DNA of 64,000 nt from the NCBI GenBank assembly GCA_001789745.1, contig MGAN01000002.1:7916-71915 (forward strand), in the 5' to 3' direction. The first letter of the stretch is position 1; each line of letters opens with the position of its first letter. Origin of the DNA: Candidatus Roizmanbacteria bacterium RIFCSPLOWO2_01_FULL_40_13 (GTDB lineage: Bacteria > Patescibacteriota > Microgenomatia > UBA1406 > GWC2-37-13). Position numbers and translations under genes: made by a program. Below are positions 17,915 through 27,148 of the stretch, piece by piece. The notes beneath the pieces were generated by a model. It was given only the letters and a program-made list of their open reading frames with translations. It made no database searches and was not told where the DNA came from.

Positions 17915-18400
17915 ATGCAAGATCAGATGCCAGAAGAAAATGTATGTCCTCGGTGCGGGTCGGCTTTGGGTGAAATTGAGACGACAAAGTCAGGCCGGAG
18001 AATCCAGAGGTGTTCGACGGGAAGCTGGAATCAGGAAACCCGTAAAACTGAAGGCTGTCCTTACGTTAAGTGGTTTGACGTACCGGCAGAGAAACTCGAT
18101 GAGAAATGCCCCAAGTGCGGATCACCGCTTCTTCTGGTAACGACCCGCTTTGACAAGCGGCTTAAAAAATGCTCGACCGCCAAGTGGGATCCGCAGACCA
18201 GAACCCAGAGCGGCTGCGATTATGTCGAGTGGCTGAAGGGAAACACAGAGGAACTGGAAGATGACTGCCCCAAGTGCGGGAGTAAACTGGTGCTTTATAC
18301 TTCGGCAGCGGGAAAAAAACTGAAAAAATGCTCTACTAATAAATGGGATTCGGAAACCAGATCGTCGACCGGCTGCGATTATGTGGAGTGGATTAGTTAA
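17915..18400 (+). CDS. stand-alone protein of three tandem topoisomerase-IA-type C4 zinc-ribbon modules (YrdD-like)
   Basis: Three copies of CP(R/K)CGS-x(15-17)-C-x(14)-GC(P/D)YV(K/E)W. Visibly more GC-rich than its neighbours. Confidence 0.7.
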   Translation: MQDQMPEENVCPRCGSALGEIETTKSGRRIQRCSTGSWNQETRKTEGCPYVKWFDVPAEKLDEKCPKCGSPLLLVTTRFDKRLKKCSTAKWDPQTRTQSGCDYVEWLKGNTEELEDDCPKCGSKLVLYTSAAGKKLKKCSTNKWDSETRSSTGCDYVEWIS

Positions 18401-18401
18401 A

Positions 18402-19181
18402 TTATCTTGATTTCATTACAAAATTGAACATTAATTCCTGACCGGTTTTTTTGTTTCTTCTGCGGGAAAAAAATCTTTTTTTATCACATTTGCTGCAGAA
18501 GGGAAAAAAATCAACTTTTTCCGTCTTAACGCCAGCATTAAGCAGTTGAAGGTAATTCAATAAAGCCAAATTCAAGTGCCAGCGGTTTCCCCGGCGGGAA
18601 AAAATTTTTTGCGAATAACCGTCATATTCCTGCAAAAAACTAAAATAGCGATCCTGATCTACATCGTAACAGCAAGCGCCAATTCCAGGACCCAGGACAC
18701 AGATTAAATTATGCAGTTTTGAACCGGAGTTCTGCAATGTCTTCACCATCTTTCCTGCCATATTTTTTAAGCTTCCGCGCCAGCCCTGATGAGAGATTCC
18801 GATAAAACCGGTTGTTTTGTCGACAATAATCAGAGGTAGGCAGTCGGCAGTACGGACTACTAAAACAGTTTGCCCCAGATTGGTTATTACGCCGTCGGTG
18901 TCTTCTATGGTTTCTGTTTCAACTCCCGGGATGTCTTTTTCCAGCAGATGAATATTAAGCGAATGGATCTGATCCAAAAGAATAATTTTTTTAAATTCAA
19001 CGAGACTTAGATTGAGGAAATTGCTGATATTTTTCGGATTTTTTGAGTCGCCAAGATCTTTGGTGGAAAAACCGGAAAAATAATCAGTGTCGTTAATTAA
19101 AGACGGAGTGAAAATTTTGAGAGCCGGGTTGTAAGTAATCATGAATATAAATCCTAATTTTTTAAAAACGTCACTCTTCAT
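18402..19181 (-). CDS. pgeF: peptidoglycan editing factor / laccase-domain protein (YfiH family)
   Basis: HQGWRG and GACCY motifs. 4-nt overlap with murE. Confidence 0.85.
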   Translation of the reverse strand: MKSDVFKKLGFIFMITYNPALKIFTPSLINDTDYFSGFSTKDLGDSKNPKNISNFLNLSLVEFKKIILLDQIHSLNIHLLEKDIPGVETETIEDTDGVITNLGQTVLVVRTADCLPLIIVDKTTGFIGISHQGWRGSLKNMAGKMVKTLQNSGSKLHNLICVLGPGIGACCYDVDQDRYFSFLQEYDGYSQKIFSRRGNRWHLNLALLNYLQLLNAGVKTEKVDFFPFCSKCDKKRFFSRRRNKKTGQELMFNFVMKSR

Positions 19182-20440
19182 CTGCCGGCAGGCACGGATT
19201 TCGAACTTCGGATTTTGAGTGCTACTTTCACAGCTTGATGTTCACTCCAGGGATATTCTGTTTTTCCCCTGCATAAGGATTTTTCGTGGCTTTTGCCGGT
19301 GGTGATGACCACATCTCCCGGGCGCGCCAGGGCAATAGCCTTGGTGATAGCTTTTTGACGGTCAATCTCGATGAAACAGGATTTATTGGGCATGCGTGAC
19401 GAATAGGAGGATGCAAACCTGAATCCTTTGGTATGGATACCGACGGCTATTTCACGACAGATTTTTTGGGGGTCTTCATCGCGGTAGTCTTCTTCGGTCA
19501 GGATGATAAGATCGGCAAAACCGGCACTTTCTTTACCCATAATCGGCCTTTTGGATTTGTCCCTTTTAGCTGCACTGCCGAAGACATGTATCAAGCGGTT
19601 ACCTTTTTTAACATACTTTGCTTTAACCTCGCTTAAAACTTGATGCAGAGCGTTAGGAGTGTGGGCAAAATCTATAATTACCCTAAGCGGTTTTTTGACT
19701 ACAAATTCAAGTCTGCCGGGAGGCAGTTGAAAGGATTTAAGCGCGGGAAAAATTTTTCTATCCGGTAGGGAAAGAATTTTGCAGACAGAGTAGGCCGCAA
19801 GGTAATTGTAATTGTTATATGCGGTTAGATTCAGACGCAAATCCTTATTTAAGTCTTTTCTGAAATCTGCCCGCTTTTTTAAAGCATAAGTAAATAATTT
19901 CCGTGTCCGCGACCCCGGAATTTTTTTTAAAAGCGCGAAGGACTGATCGTCTGCATTGACAAGACCGATTTTTGAGTTTTTGAGTAAGATGGACTTCGCT
20001 TTAACATAATTTTTATAGGTTTTATGGAAATCTAGGTGCTCGTGAGTGATATTGGTAATTACACCTATCTCGAATTTAACAAGAGAGACCCGGTTTTGCT
20101 CCAGGGCGTGCGAAGTTGTTTCAAGCACAAAGTATTCGTCTCCCGCAGCTGCGCTCTGGCGAAAAAAATTGTGTAAAGGAAAAACATCCGGTGTCGTGAC
20201 ATGGAATCCAAGACCATATGCCCTACCTGCAATATTGGCAAAAACCGATGAAATCAGCGAAACTTTTTTGCCTGAAGATTTTAAAATGTGATAGATCAGG
20301 TGCGTAGTGGTAGTTTTGCCGTCGGTGCCTGTCACTCCGATTAGCTTTAGCTTCCGTCCGGGAAAACCGTACCGGAGATTGGCAATTACGGATTGGAAAA
20401 AGTGGTAAAAGTTTTTTAAATCTTGAATTGTATCTATCAT
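19178..20440 (-). CDS. murE: Mur ligase, MurE-type (UDP-MurNAc-L-Ala-D-Glu:diamino acid ligase), short N-terminus
   Basis: GVTGTDGKTTT, DFAHTPNAL, GSAAKRDKSKRPIMG. Confidence 0.8.
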   Translation of the reverse strand: MIDTIQDLKNFYHFFQSVIANLRYGFPGRKLKLIGVTGTDGKTTTTHLIYHILKSSGKKVSLISSVFANIAGRAYGLGFHVTTPDVFPLHNFFRQSAAAGDEYFVLETTSHALEQNRVSLVKFEIGVITNITHEHLDFHKTYKNYVKAKSILLKNSKIGLVNADDQSFALLKKIPGSRTRKLFTYALKKRADFRKDLNKDLRLNLTAYNNYNYLAAYSVCKILSLPDRKIFPALKSFQLPPGRLEFVVKKPLRVIIDFAHTPNALHQVLSEVKAKYVKKGNRLIHVFGSAAKRDKSKRPIMGKESAGFADLIILTEEDYRDEDPQKICREIAVGIHTKGFRFASSYSSRMPNKSCFIEIDRQKAITKAIALARPGDVVITTGKSHEKSLCRGKTEYPWSEHQAVKVALKIRSSKSVPAGR

Positions 20441-20444
20441 TATT

Positions 20445-20583
20445 AAATTCGAAATTCGAATATCGAAATTCGAAACAATTTCAAAATTATAATTTTCAAA
20501 TGCTCAAAACTGTTTTGAATTTAGAATTTTAGTAATTAGAATTTGTTTCGGATTTAGAATTTCGTGCTTCGTATTTGTTTTGT
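20445..20583. repeat. 7-nt-periodic palindromic array filling the ftsI/murE spacer
   Basis: Left arm aaattcg aaattcg aatatcg aaattcg ...; right arm ...agaattt cgtgctt cgtattt. About 20 consecutive heptamer registers. Confidence 0.7.
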
Positions 20584-22239
20584 TTAATCTGGTGCTATAT
20601 TATAGTAAACCAGAAGCTCTTTGGCTATTTCAAAGAAGAGGGGTGCGGCGGTTTCAGAACCCCAAGGGGAGCTCTGCGGTTCTCTTAATATGACTAATGC
20701 CAGAAATTTTGGATTGTCGACGGGAGCGAAACCGATAAAAGAAGCGACGGTTTTGCTGGGATCATAGTGGCCTTTGATCGGGATTTGGGCGGTGCCTGTT
20801 TTACCCCCGATTTTATACCCCTTGGGCTTAGCCCATTTTAGCTCTCCGTTCTCAACCGCAGATAAAAGCATCTTTTTAATATAATCGGAAGTTTTTTCGC
20901 TGATTGGTGTACCGAGCATCTCGGATTTGATAAACTTTTCTTCGCCGGGCGAATTAATTTGTTGAACAATATAGGGCTTTAAAAGTTTGCCGCCGTTGAT
21001 AAGCGATGAAAAAGCCATTACCATTTGAACAGGAGTTATGGCAATTCCCTGACCGAAGCTGACGGTAGCGTAATCTATGGGATACCAATTTGACCTCGGT
21101 CGCAGCTTATCCGTTACTTCTCCCTGCAAATCAATACCTGTAATTTGATCAAAACCGAACTTTTTAAGATAAGTATAAAGTTTTATATTGCCAAGTTTTT
21201 GTCCGATGTGAACCATACCCACATTAGATGATTTTTCGATTATACGAGACATGGAAATCCTGCCTTCATATTTGTCATTCCAGGTTTTGATAGTATATTC
21301 ACCGATTTTAACTGGCCCTTTTTCGTTATAAAAATCATCCGCTTTTATGCTTTTTTCTTCCAAGGCAGCTGCCATGATCAGAGGTTTAAAAGTTGAACCC
21401 GGCTCGTATAAATTTGAAATAGCAGGATCTTTAAAAAATTCTTCGCTGAAAGTAAAATATCTTTCCTGATCAAAGTCGGGCAGGCAGACTAATGCTAAAA
21501 CTTCAAGTGTCTGGGGATTAGCTATGATTATACAGCCCTCTTTTGCGTCGTATATTTCCAATCCTTCCCGGAGTTTGGATTTGGCTATTTCTTGGATAGA
21601 CTTGTCGATCGTCAGATAAAGATCTCTGCCGTTTTCGGGATTTAGTTTTTGTTGGGTACCCATGAGGATAGGTTTTCCGAGCAAATCTCTATCGCTTTTC
21701 AAAATACCCGGAAGACCGACAAGATCTTTATTATAGTAACCCTCAATGCCAAAGTAACCAAGGTCTTCGCCCCGGGTATTTTTGCCGACAAATCCCAGAA
21801 GGTGAGCAGAGAGGGAGCTTTCCGGATAATAACGCTGAAAACCATCTGTAAATCCCACACCCGGCAATTTCAGATCAAGAATTTTCTCTTTGATATCCTC
21901 GCTTAAATTAGTCTTGAGTGATACCCAATCTTTTGTTTTGTCAAGTTTTGCTTCCAGCGTCGATTCACCGATATGCAAAACAGAATCAATCTTATTGATA
22001 AAATACTCATGGTCGGGAATTTTTTTGGGTTCGGCATAAAGCAGGAAACTGGTTTTATTTACCACCAAAGGCAGGCCATTTCGGTCGAAGATTTTACCTC
22101 TTTCGGGATAAATCTTTCTCGTGGTGAGATAGGCGGTATCAGAACCTCTGGGATTTAAGATTTGAATAAAGAACAGTTTGACAATTACGGCTAAGTAAAG
22201 GGTAAAAAAAATAAGTAAAAAGATTCGAGTTTTTGTCAT
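20584..22239 (-). CDS. ftsI: class B penicillin-binding protein (division transpeptidase)
   Basis: N-terminal TM, then STFKP, SSN (KSSNVG) and KTGTA boxes. Confidence 0.9.
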   Translation of the reverse strand: MTKTRIFLLIFFTLYLAVIVKLFFIQILNPRGSDTAYLTTRKIYPERGKIFDRNGLPLVVNKTSFLLYAEPKKIPDHEYFINKIDSVLHIGESTLEAKLDKTKDWVSLKTNLSEDIKEKILDLKLPGVGFTDGFQRYYPESSLSAHLLGFVGKNTRGEDLGYFGIEGYYNKDLVGLPGILKSDRDLLGKPILMGTQQKLNPENGRDLYLTIDKSIQEIAKSKLREGLEIYDAKEGCIIIANPQTLEVLALVCLPDFDQERYFTFSEEFFKDPAISNLYEPGSTFKPLIMAAALEEKSIKADDFYNEKGPVKIGEYTIKTWNDKYEGRISMSRIIEKSSNVGMVHIGQKLGNIKLYTYLKKFGFDQITGIDLQGEVTDKLRPRSNWYPIDYATVSFGQGIAITPVQMVMAFSSLINGGKLLKPYIVQQINSPGEEKFIKSEMLGTPISEKTSDYIKKMLLSAVENGELKWAKPKGYKIGGKTGTAQIPIKGHYDPSKTVASFIGFAPVDNPKFLALVILREPQSSPWGSETAAPLFFEIAKELLVYYNIAPD

Positions 22240-22529
22240 TGACTTCGGGCATAGATAAGATTATCTAAAAATACGGGTTGTGCTTCCTGATTAAAATTAA
22301 GCTTAGCCGCCATTGACGCGGCGTATCGCAGAGAATCAAGACCAAAGACTTTATTTTCCAATTTAATATTTTCTGTGTGCAGTGTTTTAATTTGCTGTTC
22401 ATAAAAATTTATTTTATTACTTGAGTTGATGCTATGGATAAAGACATAGACATTGGTTAGAATAAGAGCAACTCCAAGAATCCAGAACAGAAATTTATTT
22501 ATTGATGTCATATAAGCCGTCTCCCTCAA
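22236..22529 (-). CDS. ftsL: FtsL-like small bitopic division protein
   Basis: 97 aa with a single TM plus coiled-coil stretch. Canonical position between rsmH and ftsI, with overlapping stop/start codons. Confidence 0.55.
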   Translation of the reverse strand: MRETAYMTSINKFLFWILGVALILTNVYVFIHSINSSNKINFYEQQIKTLHTENIKLENKVFGLDSLRYAASMAAKLNFNQEAQPVFLDNLIYARSQ

Positions 22530-23362
22530 GGGGTTGTGAAAATCCTTAATTTGGCCGATCTTTCAAATGATAACGAACTTTTACCCCGGTTAACTTTTTT
22601 ATTCAACTGTCTTAATTTTTTATTTCTGATAAATTGCTTGACGATTCTATCTTCAAGCGAATGAAAAGTAATTGTGACGATCCGGCCGGTTTTTTTTAGG
22701 ATTTTTAACGCTCCGTCAAGACCCTTTTCCAGATTATCAAGTTCATCATTAACGGCGATTCTCAATGCCTGAAAAACGCGGGCATAAGTTCTTTGATCTT
22801 TTCCGGTGAGCACTTGGTCGATCAGCCGGGTCAGATCCCCCACCCTTTTAATTGGTTTTAAAGAGCGGGCGCGAATAACTGACCGACTGATGGCAGGCGC
22901 ATAAACTTCCTCGGCAAAGCCTGCCAAAATTTCGTAAAGTTTGTCCTGACCGTAACTGTTCAAGACATCTGCAGCTGTAAGATCAAGCGTATCGCTCAAC
23001 CTCATATCCAGCGGCTCATCCCGATTCCGGTAGGAAAAGCCCCGACCGGAGTTATTTACCTGCCGCATTGACAATCCCAGATCAAATAGTATTCCGTCGG
23101 CCGGAATAAAGTCATTGGCATGGGCAGTAGATTCGATATCCGCGAAATTGCCGACAACAAGTTTAAGTTTTTGAGCCGATTGACTGTCAATTATTAATTT
23201 TTTAATTTGTCCGGGATCCCTATCAATAGCTAAAACCTTTCCACCCAACTTGAGTATGTCTTTTGTGTGCCCGGCTTCGCCGACAGTGGCATCGATATAA
23301 AGGCCGTTCCGCTTCACGTTTAATCCCGTTATTGCATCTTGTAAAAGAACCGGATTGTGCAT
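22526..23362 (-). CDS. rsmH: 16S rRNA (cytosine1402-N4)-methyltransferase
   Basis: HNPVLL, DATVGEAGHT, FDLGLS. Confidence 0.92.
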   Translation of the reverse strand: MHNPVLLQDAITGLNVKRNGLYIDATVGEAGHTKDILKLGGKVLAIDRDPGQIKKLIIDSQSAQKLKLVVGNFADIESTAHANDFIPADGILFDLGLSMRQVNNSGRGFSYRNRDEPLDMRLSDTLDLTAADVLNSYGQDKLYEILAGFAEEVYAPAISRSVIRARSLKPIKRVGDLTRLIDQVLTGKDQRTYARVFQALRIAVNDELDNLEKGLDGALKILKKTGRIVTITFHSLEDRIVKQFIRNKKLRQLNKKVNRGKSSLSFERSAKLRIFTTP

Positions 23363-23384
23363 TAAAATAACTTAAATTTCAAAA

Positions 23385-23807
23385 TTAAAGCGATTTTAGA
23401 CTCTCATTTTTTTCTATTTTTTGTAAATATCCTTGCCATTTTTGAGGTTCCCAGATTTCAAAGTGATCTCCGACCCCAATGATGGTAGCCCGATTTCTTA
23501 ATTCGGCATAATCCAAAAGCGGTTTAGGGATGACAAATCTACGCTGATTATCGATTTCCATGATTGCCGAACTGGAAAAAAGATGTCTTTTGGTCTCTTC
23601 TTTGCGATTATCCAGCGTCGATTGACCGATTAATTCGTTGGCCGCCTTTTTCCAATCGTCATTTCTGAAACCGGACAAGCAGCTGGTAAATCCCTTGGTA
23701 AGCGTAAAGGTTTTACCCGTTCCCAAAGCCTCTCTAATCTTCTTGGGGATAATTATTCTACCTTGGCCGGAAAAGTTCACTTGATATTCTCCAACAAAAA
23801 ACACCAT
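23385..23807 (-). CDS. mraZ: transcriptional regulator MraZ
   Basis: Two SpoVT/AbrB-like halves (GRIIIPKKIRE and RRFVIPKPLLD). First gene of the dcw block. Confidence 0.9.
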   Translation of the reverse strand: MVFFVGEYQVNFSGQGRIIIPKKIREALGTGKTFTLTKGFTSCLSGFRNDDWKKAANELIGQSTLDNRKEETKRHLFSSSAIMEIDNQRRFVIPKPLLDYAELRNRATIIGVGDHFEIWEPQKWQGYLQKIEKNESLKSL

Positions 23808-23844
23808 TTAACTCCATTTAACTCCATTTAAAGCCTCTTGTCAA
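23801..23844 (-). promoter_or_regulatory. putative Pmra promoter with three 10-bp direct repeats (candidate MraZ operator)
   Basis: Minus strand reads TTGACA(23844-23839)-N17-TTAAAT(23821-23816)-N8-ATG. Repeats AAATGGAGTT AAATGGAGTT AAATGGTGTT span the -10 box to the start codon. Confidence 0.5.
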
Positions 23845-23941
23845 GCAGTACAATTAGTGTATTAAGGAAAGATGTACGCTATACCGCTGCGCAAGCGAAC
23901 TGCCGGCGATACAACTGTTCGTACTCTGAGCGTTGATCCGT

Positions 23942-24047
23942 ATATATACCCGTCTTAGTTGATTTTGCAAATTTTCAACTAAAAATAGCTTATCAAATCA
24001 ACTTAGAGGGTTATATACTGATTGCAATCTCAATTAATAGAAGTATA
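23942..24047 (+). repeat. 106-bp intergenic repeat, family B copy 1
   Basis: 4 mismatches versus 27043-27148. Internal inverted arms tatatacccgtcttagttgattt / aaatcaacttagagggttatata. Confidence 0.85.
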
Positions 24048-24145
24048 AGCTAAAAAAATCTGCACCAGCAAGGGACCAGATGGTTTATAATTAAAAACAT
24101 GATCCATTCGACAATGCTCAGGATCATAGTGAGTGAAATCGAACT

Positions 24146-25774
24146 ATGAATAGGATTCTTGACAGAACCAGGCGTTTTATTTTCGCCAAGCAAACCAGCA
24201 TGTTTTCTTCGGCAATGCTAATCGGAGTGATGATTATTATCTCCAGGATCTTTGGATTTTTCCGCTATAGAACTCTGTCCGGTCTTTTTACCAAAGAAGA
24301 ACTGGATATTTTCTTAGCTTCATTTCGCATACCCGACTTGGTATTTGAAATCTTAATCACCGGTGCTTTAACCAGTACGATCATTCCTTTTTTTATCAAA
24401 TATGAAAAAAATAAAGAGGAACTGAGTACCAATATTTCCTCGATTTTGAATCTGATACTGATCCTGATGGGGGGATTGATAACGGTGCTATTTCTTTTGA
24501 TGGATTTTATTGTGCCCGCCATTACACCGGGATTTGATCAGGAAAAAATCAAAGGTATAATCCTGTATTCCAGACTGCTGTTGGTCGGTCAACTGCCTTA
24601 TCTTATTATCGGTAATTTCCTCACCGGAATCGCACAGGCCAACAGGCTATTTTTTTTGCCGGCTTTAGCTCCCATATTCTATAATCTGGCTATCATTCTA
24701 ACCGCGCTTTTTTTCAGCAGCTCTTTTTTTCTGTTGGCTCCGGTTTTTGGCGTGATAATCGGCGCCGCTTTATTTGTGCTGGTACAGCTTCCCATCCTGA
24801 CCAACACAGAATTTTCCTATCATTTTGTGCTAAAAAAAACTGCAGGCTTGATTGAATTTTTCAGGATAGTGGTGCCCAGAACCTTAACCGTGATCTTTGC
24901 CCAAATTGACGCAACAATTGATCTAATCTTGACGACTTTGCTGGGAGCCGGTTCATATACTGTCTTTTATTTTGCCCAGCACCTGCAGCTTCTACCCGTA
25001 TCCGTGATAGGAGTGGCATTTGGTCAGGCGTCGCTTCCCTACCTGTCCGAAGTTTTCAAGGCCAATAAAATTGAGGAGTTTAAAAAGATAATCGTTGACT
25101 CGGTCCTTAATTTACTTTTTTTCACCATCCCGATCGCCAGCTTTTTTATTTTTACCCGTACGCCTTTAGTGCGTCTTTTTTACGGCGGAGAAAAATTCGA
25201 CTGGGAGGCGACAGTGTCAACCGCGAGAACCCTGTCTTTTTTTTCCCTATCTTTGCCTTTTCATACTATCTATTATTTTATCACCCGTTGTTTTTATGCA
25301 TTTTTGGATACCAAGACACCTTTTTTTGTCAGCATGATTTCCATCCTGGTTAATACCGTCTTGAGTCTGGTGTTTGTCCTCATATTAAAATTACCGGTTT
25401 GGTATTTGGCCGCGTCTTTTTCTTTTGCCATGATTATAAATGTAACGAGTTTAATTCTGATTCTGGCTCATAAAATAGAAGGATTGAATTTCCGCTTATT
25501 AATAATCGAGTCAGCCAAGATGATAACCGTGACAGTCATTGCCTCGCTGCTGGTCTATTTTTTAATGAAATTTTTGGATGAACTGGTTTTTGATACGGCT
25601 TATACCATTAATGTCTTTTTCCTGTTGACTGTCGGCGGGCTAGTTTATTTTTGTCTTTATTTATTTTTCTCGTGGCTATTTGAGGTGCGAGAAATATATC
25701 TGGTTGGGAAATTAATTCTTAAAGCAAAAGAGTATAAAAAGAAAATTGTCGAGTTCTATAGCATCTATGAGTGA
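24146..25774 (+). CDS. murJ: lipid II flippase MurJ (MviN family)
   Basis: SRIFGFFR..., FRIPDLVFEILITGALTSTIIPFF, about 14 TM; 542 aa. Confidence 0.88.
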   Translation: MNRILDRTRRFIFAKQTSMFSSAMLIGVMIIISRIFGFFRYRTLSGLFTKEELDIFLASFRIPDLVFEILITGALTSTIIPFFIKYEKNKEELSTNISSILNLILILMGGLITVLFLLMDFIVPAITPGFDQEKIKGIILYSRLLLVGQLPYLIIGNFLTGIAQANRLFFLPALAPIFYNLAIILTALFFSSSFFLLAPVFGVIIGAALFVLVQLPILTNTEFSYHFVLKKTAGLIEFFRIVVPRTLTVIFAQIDATIDLILTTLLGAGSYTVFYFAQHLQLLPVSVIGVAFGQASLPYLSEVFKANKIEEFKKIIVDSVLNLLFFTIPIASFFIFTRTPLVRLFYGGEKFDWEATVSTARTLSFFSLSLPFHTIYYFITRCFYAFLDTKTPFFVSMISILVNTVLSLVFVLILKLPVWYLAASFSFAMIINVTSLILILAHKIEGLNFRLLIIESAKMITVTVIASLLVYFLMKFLDELVFDTAYTINVFFLLTVGGLVYFCLYLFFSWLFEVREIYLVGKLILKAKEYKKKIVEFYSIYE

Positions 25775-27026
25775 CCAGAATAACAAACACCTCGAAGCTA
25801 TTAAAGCAATTCAGAGAAAACTTTTGGGCAAAAGGCTGACGGAAAGGGAAATCTATAATCTGATGGATGAGATAGCACACCATAGATTAAGCGAAGTTTT
25901 AACAGCATATTTTGTCGCCTCATCTTTTAGAGAAGGTTATACTCCTAACGAATTATATTACTTTACTAAGGCGATGGTTGAGACCGGGAATCGACTCAAA
26001 TTCAAAGGGATGGTAGCGGACAAACATTCTACCGGAGGAGTGGCGGGTACCAGAACCACGATGATAATCGTACCAATTATAGCTTCGGCCGGAATTATCA
26101 TCCCCAAAGTTTCGTCGCGAGCCATAACCTCGCCCGCCGGTACAGCAGATACGATGGAAGTATTGGCACAGGTTAATTTTACCCCCAGACAAGTGCAGCA
26201 GATTGTTGATAAAGTAGGAGGTTGTATTGTCTGGAACGAATACCTTAATATAGCTCCCGCAGACGATGTGTTAATTAAAGTAGAGGAGCCGCTGTCTTTT
26301 GAATCATTCGATAAAATTATAATCTCCATCATGGCCAAAAAAGTAGCCGTGGGTTCCACACATTTAATTTTAGACATTCCGGTTGGCAAAACTATGAAAA
26401 TCCGCCATTTTCACGACGCCGAAAAAGTCAAAAATAAATTCAGGAATTTAGCAGGCAAATTTAAAATAAAGTTAGCTTTTGATGTCAGTGAAACTTTGGA
26501 ACCTGCCGGGCGCGGAATCGGGCCAGCCTTGGAGGTCAGAGACGTGCTTTACGTTTTGGAACAAAAACCGCAGCGGCCGCTTAAATTGGAAGCCAAAGCG
26601 CTACGATTGGCTGGAAAGCTTCTTGACATGTGTTTTACTGATTTAAAGATAAAAAAAAGCGGTGAAGATGAGGCAAAAAGAATTTTGCGCGAGGGAAATG
26701 CTTTGTCCAAGTTCAGGGAAATAATCAAAGCGCAAAAGGGTGACGATCAGGTATCGTCAGACAAATTCAGACTGAAATCAAAAATTTTTGAGATAAAATC
26801 ATCCGACAATGGTAAAATTAAGGAAATAAATAATTATAATATTAACTCTCTGGCCAAAATCTTGGGAGCTCCGATTGACAAATTTGCCGGAATTTATCTA
26901 TATAAAAAAATTGATGAGTTTGTGGAAAAGGGGGAGCCTCTGATGAGTTTTTACTCAAGCGATAAGTTCAAGTTAAAAGAGGCGGAGATAAGTTTGAAAA
27001 GCTTTCCCGTGTACGATATTGAATAA
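25767..27026 (+). CDS. deoA: thymidine/AMP phosphorylase family protein (glycosyltransferase family 3)
   Basis: DKHSTGGVAGTRTTMIIVP, SSRAITSPAGTADT. ATG 25767 overlaps the murJ stop (ATGAGTGA). Confidence 0.8.
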   Translation: MSDQNNKHLEAIKAIQRKLLGKRLTEREIYNLMDEIAHHRLSEVLTAYFVASSFREGYTPNELYYFTKAMVETGNRLKFKGMVADKHSTGGVAGTRTTMIIVPIIASAGIIIPKVSSRAITSPAGTADTMEVLAQVNFTPRQVQQIVDKVGGCIVWNEYLNIAPADDVLIKVEEPLSFESFDKIIISIMAKKVAVGSTHLILDIPVGKTMKIRHFHDAEKVKNKFRNLAGKFKIKLAFDVSETLEPAGRGIGPALEVRDVLYVLEQKPQRPLKLEAKALRLAGKLLDMCFTDLKIKKSGEDEAKRILREGNALSKFREIIKAQKGDDQVSSDKFRLKSKIFEIKSSDNGKIKEINNYNINSLAKILGAPIDKFAGIYLYKKIDEFVEKGEPLMSFYSSDKFKLKEAEISLKSFPVYDIE

Positions 27027-27042
27027 CAGGGAATTACGCGGA

Positions 27043-27148
27043 ATATATACCCGTCTTAGTTGATTTTGCAAATTTTCAACTAAAAATATCTTATTAAATC
27101 AACTTAGAGGGGTATATACTGATTGCAATCTCAATCAATAGAAGTATA
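27043..27148 (+). repeat. family B repeat copy 2
   Basis: See 23942-24047. Directly abuts MITE family C copy 3. Confidence 0.85.

Noticed and set aside
17907-18140. Alternative-frame ORF MELCKIRC....
   Set aside because: It overlaps the zinc-ribbon ORF, whose threefold Cys-module periodicity identifies the true frame.
20445-20583. Heptamer arrays considered as a possible CRISPR array.
   Set aside because: The unit length is 7 nt with no spacers and no cas genes. This is not a CRISPR architecture.
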